Positions 61,134 to 64,000 of a stretch of DNA of 64,000 nt are shown here, one piece after another. Positions within the stretch are counted from its first letter, which is position 1. The number at the start of each line of letters is the position of its first letter. Made by a program: the position numbers and the translations under genes. This stretch comes from the human T2T-CHM13v2.0 reference genome, Homo sapiens: the NCBI RefSeq assembly GCF_009914755.1, contig NC_060935.1; one strand, given 5' to 3'. The notes below the pieces were generated by a model, which did no database searches, had not been told where the DNA came from, and saw only the letters and a program-made list of their open reading frames with translations.

Positions 61134-61471
61134 TAGAAGTTCCCAAATCCCTGTGGTGAAGGACCAGTTGGTAAAACTTCCAGTCTCCTGTGGACCAACC
61201 TGTGGTCCTGGTCCCATTGCACACGACCAACACACAGACCAGAACACAGGGAATTTGCCACAGGGGTGTGACATTCACCCAAGCTGGTTTCTACCCTGCT
61301 GAAAGAGGGGAGTCCACTGATCTGGTGCTTGGATAGCGCCGCCATGGCAGCTGCTACATAAGGTTCTAGATCCTCCATCTTTGTGTTTGTTGTGTCATGG
61401 GCCAGCAGGAACGGCTTGCGGTGCAGAGCCAGGGCAGGAACCACACCCTGTGTGACAGTGTGCTGGGGTAC

Positions 61472-61645
61472 CTGGAATCGAAGGATGATGGTCCAGACCA
61501 GCCCAAGGGTCAGTCGGTGGTTTCCGTCCACAATGTCATGGGAGCCCATGTTTTCCAAGTGCACTTTCTGCTCCTTGAGGAACTGCAGTGCCTTGTCCAC
61601 GTTCTCCAGGCAGTGGATCCGCATGCGGCCCTTTGTAGGCTTTGG
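61472..61645 (-). CDS. SPTBN2: SPTBN2 exon c.310-483, CH1 ([16 protein letters not shown]...IILRFQ)
   Basis: cacag|CCAAAG ... TTCCAG|GTACC; 174 nt. Confidence 0.96.
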
Positions 61646-62079
61646 CTGTGGAGGGACGGGGGCAAAATGGCACGGGACTGTGGGCTTCCACCTTCTTCCC
61701 CAGCCTTCACAGGGCCCAGCTTTGCACACCTTCCCCATGACCTACCTCAGGAACACAGACAGGCACAGCCCCAGGGCTGGAGCCAAAGCTGAGCTTACAG
61801 ATGAGGCTTGGGCAGATTAAGATTCCCAAGGGAATTAATTGCACCCAGAGTAGGTGGGAAAAGAAATGTTTTCAATGGGGCCACTGTTCCTGTCTCCATG
61901 AAGCAATGCTCCTATGTAATCTAAGTGGCAAAGGCACTTGAAATGAACCCATCCTCTGAGCAGAGGGAGCCACTGCTTCCCGCCCTGTGCCGTCACTCTC
62001 TCTGAGGGCTGTTCTTCCAGCTGGTCCCCTTGGACACTTTTCTAAGGCCCCCCCACTTCCCTTCATGACCACAGCTCAC

Positions 62080-62231
62080 CAGTATCTCTCCCGAGAGCAC
62101 CTCGAGGAGCCTCAGCAGGTTGCGTCCGTCCCGGAGGTCGCTGTACAGGTCCCCCACCCGGCACGTGACCCGGGCCAGGTGCGAGTTTACCCACTTGGTG
62201 AAGGTTTTCTTCTGCACAGCTTCTCGTTCAT
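62080..62231 (-). CDS. SPTBN2: SPTBN2 exon c.158-309, CH1 domain ([19 protein letters not shown])
   Basis: cacag|ATGAAC ... ATACTG|GTGAGC; 152 nt. Confidence 0.96.
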
Positions 62232-62576
62232 CTGTGGTGGCAACATGGGTTTATTTCTGTCCCTCGAGTTCAGTATGCCTGCTTCTAAACACCAGTTGGC
62301 AGGGGTGGGGGATGGAGAAGCCTGAGAGATGGGAAGCGGGGTCCTCTAAGGAGGAGGAAGGGAAGGAAGATGACCGGGAGGAAAGCCCGTAACTTGCAAT
62401 GAGCTCATAAGCAAGGTAAAGAAGAAAGATGAAAGACAGAAAATAGGCGAAGGTTGGGTGTGGTGGCTCATGCCTGTAATCCCAGCACTTTGGGAAGCCA
62501 AGGCGGGCGGATCACAAGGTCAGGAGATCGAGACCATCCTGGCTAACACGGTGAAACCCCGTCTCTACTAAAATTA

Positions 62577-62873
<297 letters not shown>

Positions 62874-64000
62874 TCATTCATCAGAGCCCCAATGTCTCAT
62901 CTGTAAAATGGGAACATCACTTTCTACTTCAACAGGTCATTGTGTTGATTAAATGAGATAAGGTATATAAAACAACTAGTTGGTGCCTGGCACAAAATGG
63001 CTCCTTGGTGAGCTGCTGTTATAAAGTGGTGTGATCTGGCCCGAAGGAGAGCAAGAGCTGCCCAGGCCGGTGGGAGGTATGGCTGTTCTCTTTTGGTTGC
63101 AGACAAAGGAGAAGGTGTGGGCTAAAATTATTGCAGCGGCTCTTCCAAGCGGTCATTAGGACTTGATGGTATAGAGGCTGCAGGCCTCCTGAGTCAGCTT
63201 ACTGTCCTTGGATAACTTAAAGAAAAGGCAGGCTCCTCTGCTTCTGGGGGTTGGGGACAGTACATTCAGCTGGCTGCAAGGGGATCCAGTTCCAGGACAT
63301 AAACACCCCATTGCTTAGAAGAACAAGATGTTGAGAGTTGGGAACTGGGAAAACAGTGAGGCCAGGAAACATGGGGGAAAAAAAGCCAGGCAGAGTTAGG
63401 TACCAATCTCAAAAAAAAGTTAGGCAATGCCCTGCTGCCCAGCCCACAGGGGAGGGGAGCTACTGAAGAGGGGAAGTAAATACTAGGTTCCGTAGGAAAA
63501 TAAAAATTAAGAACGTTCTAAGTGACAAAGTGAAAGCATCAGAAACTGCTCTGGTGATGAGGATTTCTGCCACTTTCCCACAGAGAGCCCTGTGCAAGGA
63601 CCCAACCCAAGTGGCTGGGGTCTGAAGAGTCACTTTTGCTTCCGTCTCAGCACCAGCATCTCAGAAACCGGAAAGACTCATCCCTTAATCTCACATTCCT
63701 AAGCACCTCACCCATAAGACACAGCAACACACCCACGTCGCTCCGTGTCTTTCACCTCCAGCCACTATACTGGCACCAAACCTGGGGTCCTAATAACATG
63801 GGACGGCCCCATGCTCCCCAGCACCCATGAAACCAAGGTGCCTTGGGGCCTCCCGGCAGGTCTACAGGCCCCATCTGAGCCAGGAGGAGCGTGGGTCACA
63901 GGCCATTGCTGGATCCAGGGGCACTGCCCTACTGCTGGGCACCCTGGGGTGAGGCCATTTTGGCACACAGTCAGAAGACACAGAATTAGTGGCAACTAGG

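Overview
Human (primate) genomic DNA matching the RBM4B-SPTBN2 locus (11q13). Two minus-strand protein-coding genes can be rebuilt exon by exon from GT-AG boundaries. RBM4B is complete: non-coding exon 1 in a CpG island at ~24.0 kb, coding exons 22916-23339 and 14862-15538, 3'UTR exon ending ~11.24 kb, 359 aa. SPTBN2 (beta-III spectrin) contributes 35 in-frame coding exons from 62231 to the TAG at 32120 (7016 nt); its start-codon exon lies beyond the window end. A plus-strand terminal exon (12102 onward) inside the last RBM4B intron fits a distal exon of the paralog RBM4, whose body lies upstream of the window. The rest is dominated by roughly 60 Alu elements, plus MIR, L2, L1 and MER fragments and a 7SL retrocopy. 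I see no new protein-coding system; nearly all other ORFs in the track are Alu-derived or antisense shadows. The most interesting signals are regulatory or mutational: the interleaved RBM4/RBM4B 3' ends with overlapping opposite-strand splice and poly(A) signals, candidate NMD exons, and a 30-nt templated insertion copied from a nearby intron into an Alu. SPTBN2 c. numbers below are counted back from the stop codon assuming the known 2390-aa protein. Repeat family names are by eye, not RepeatMasker.
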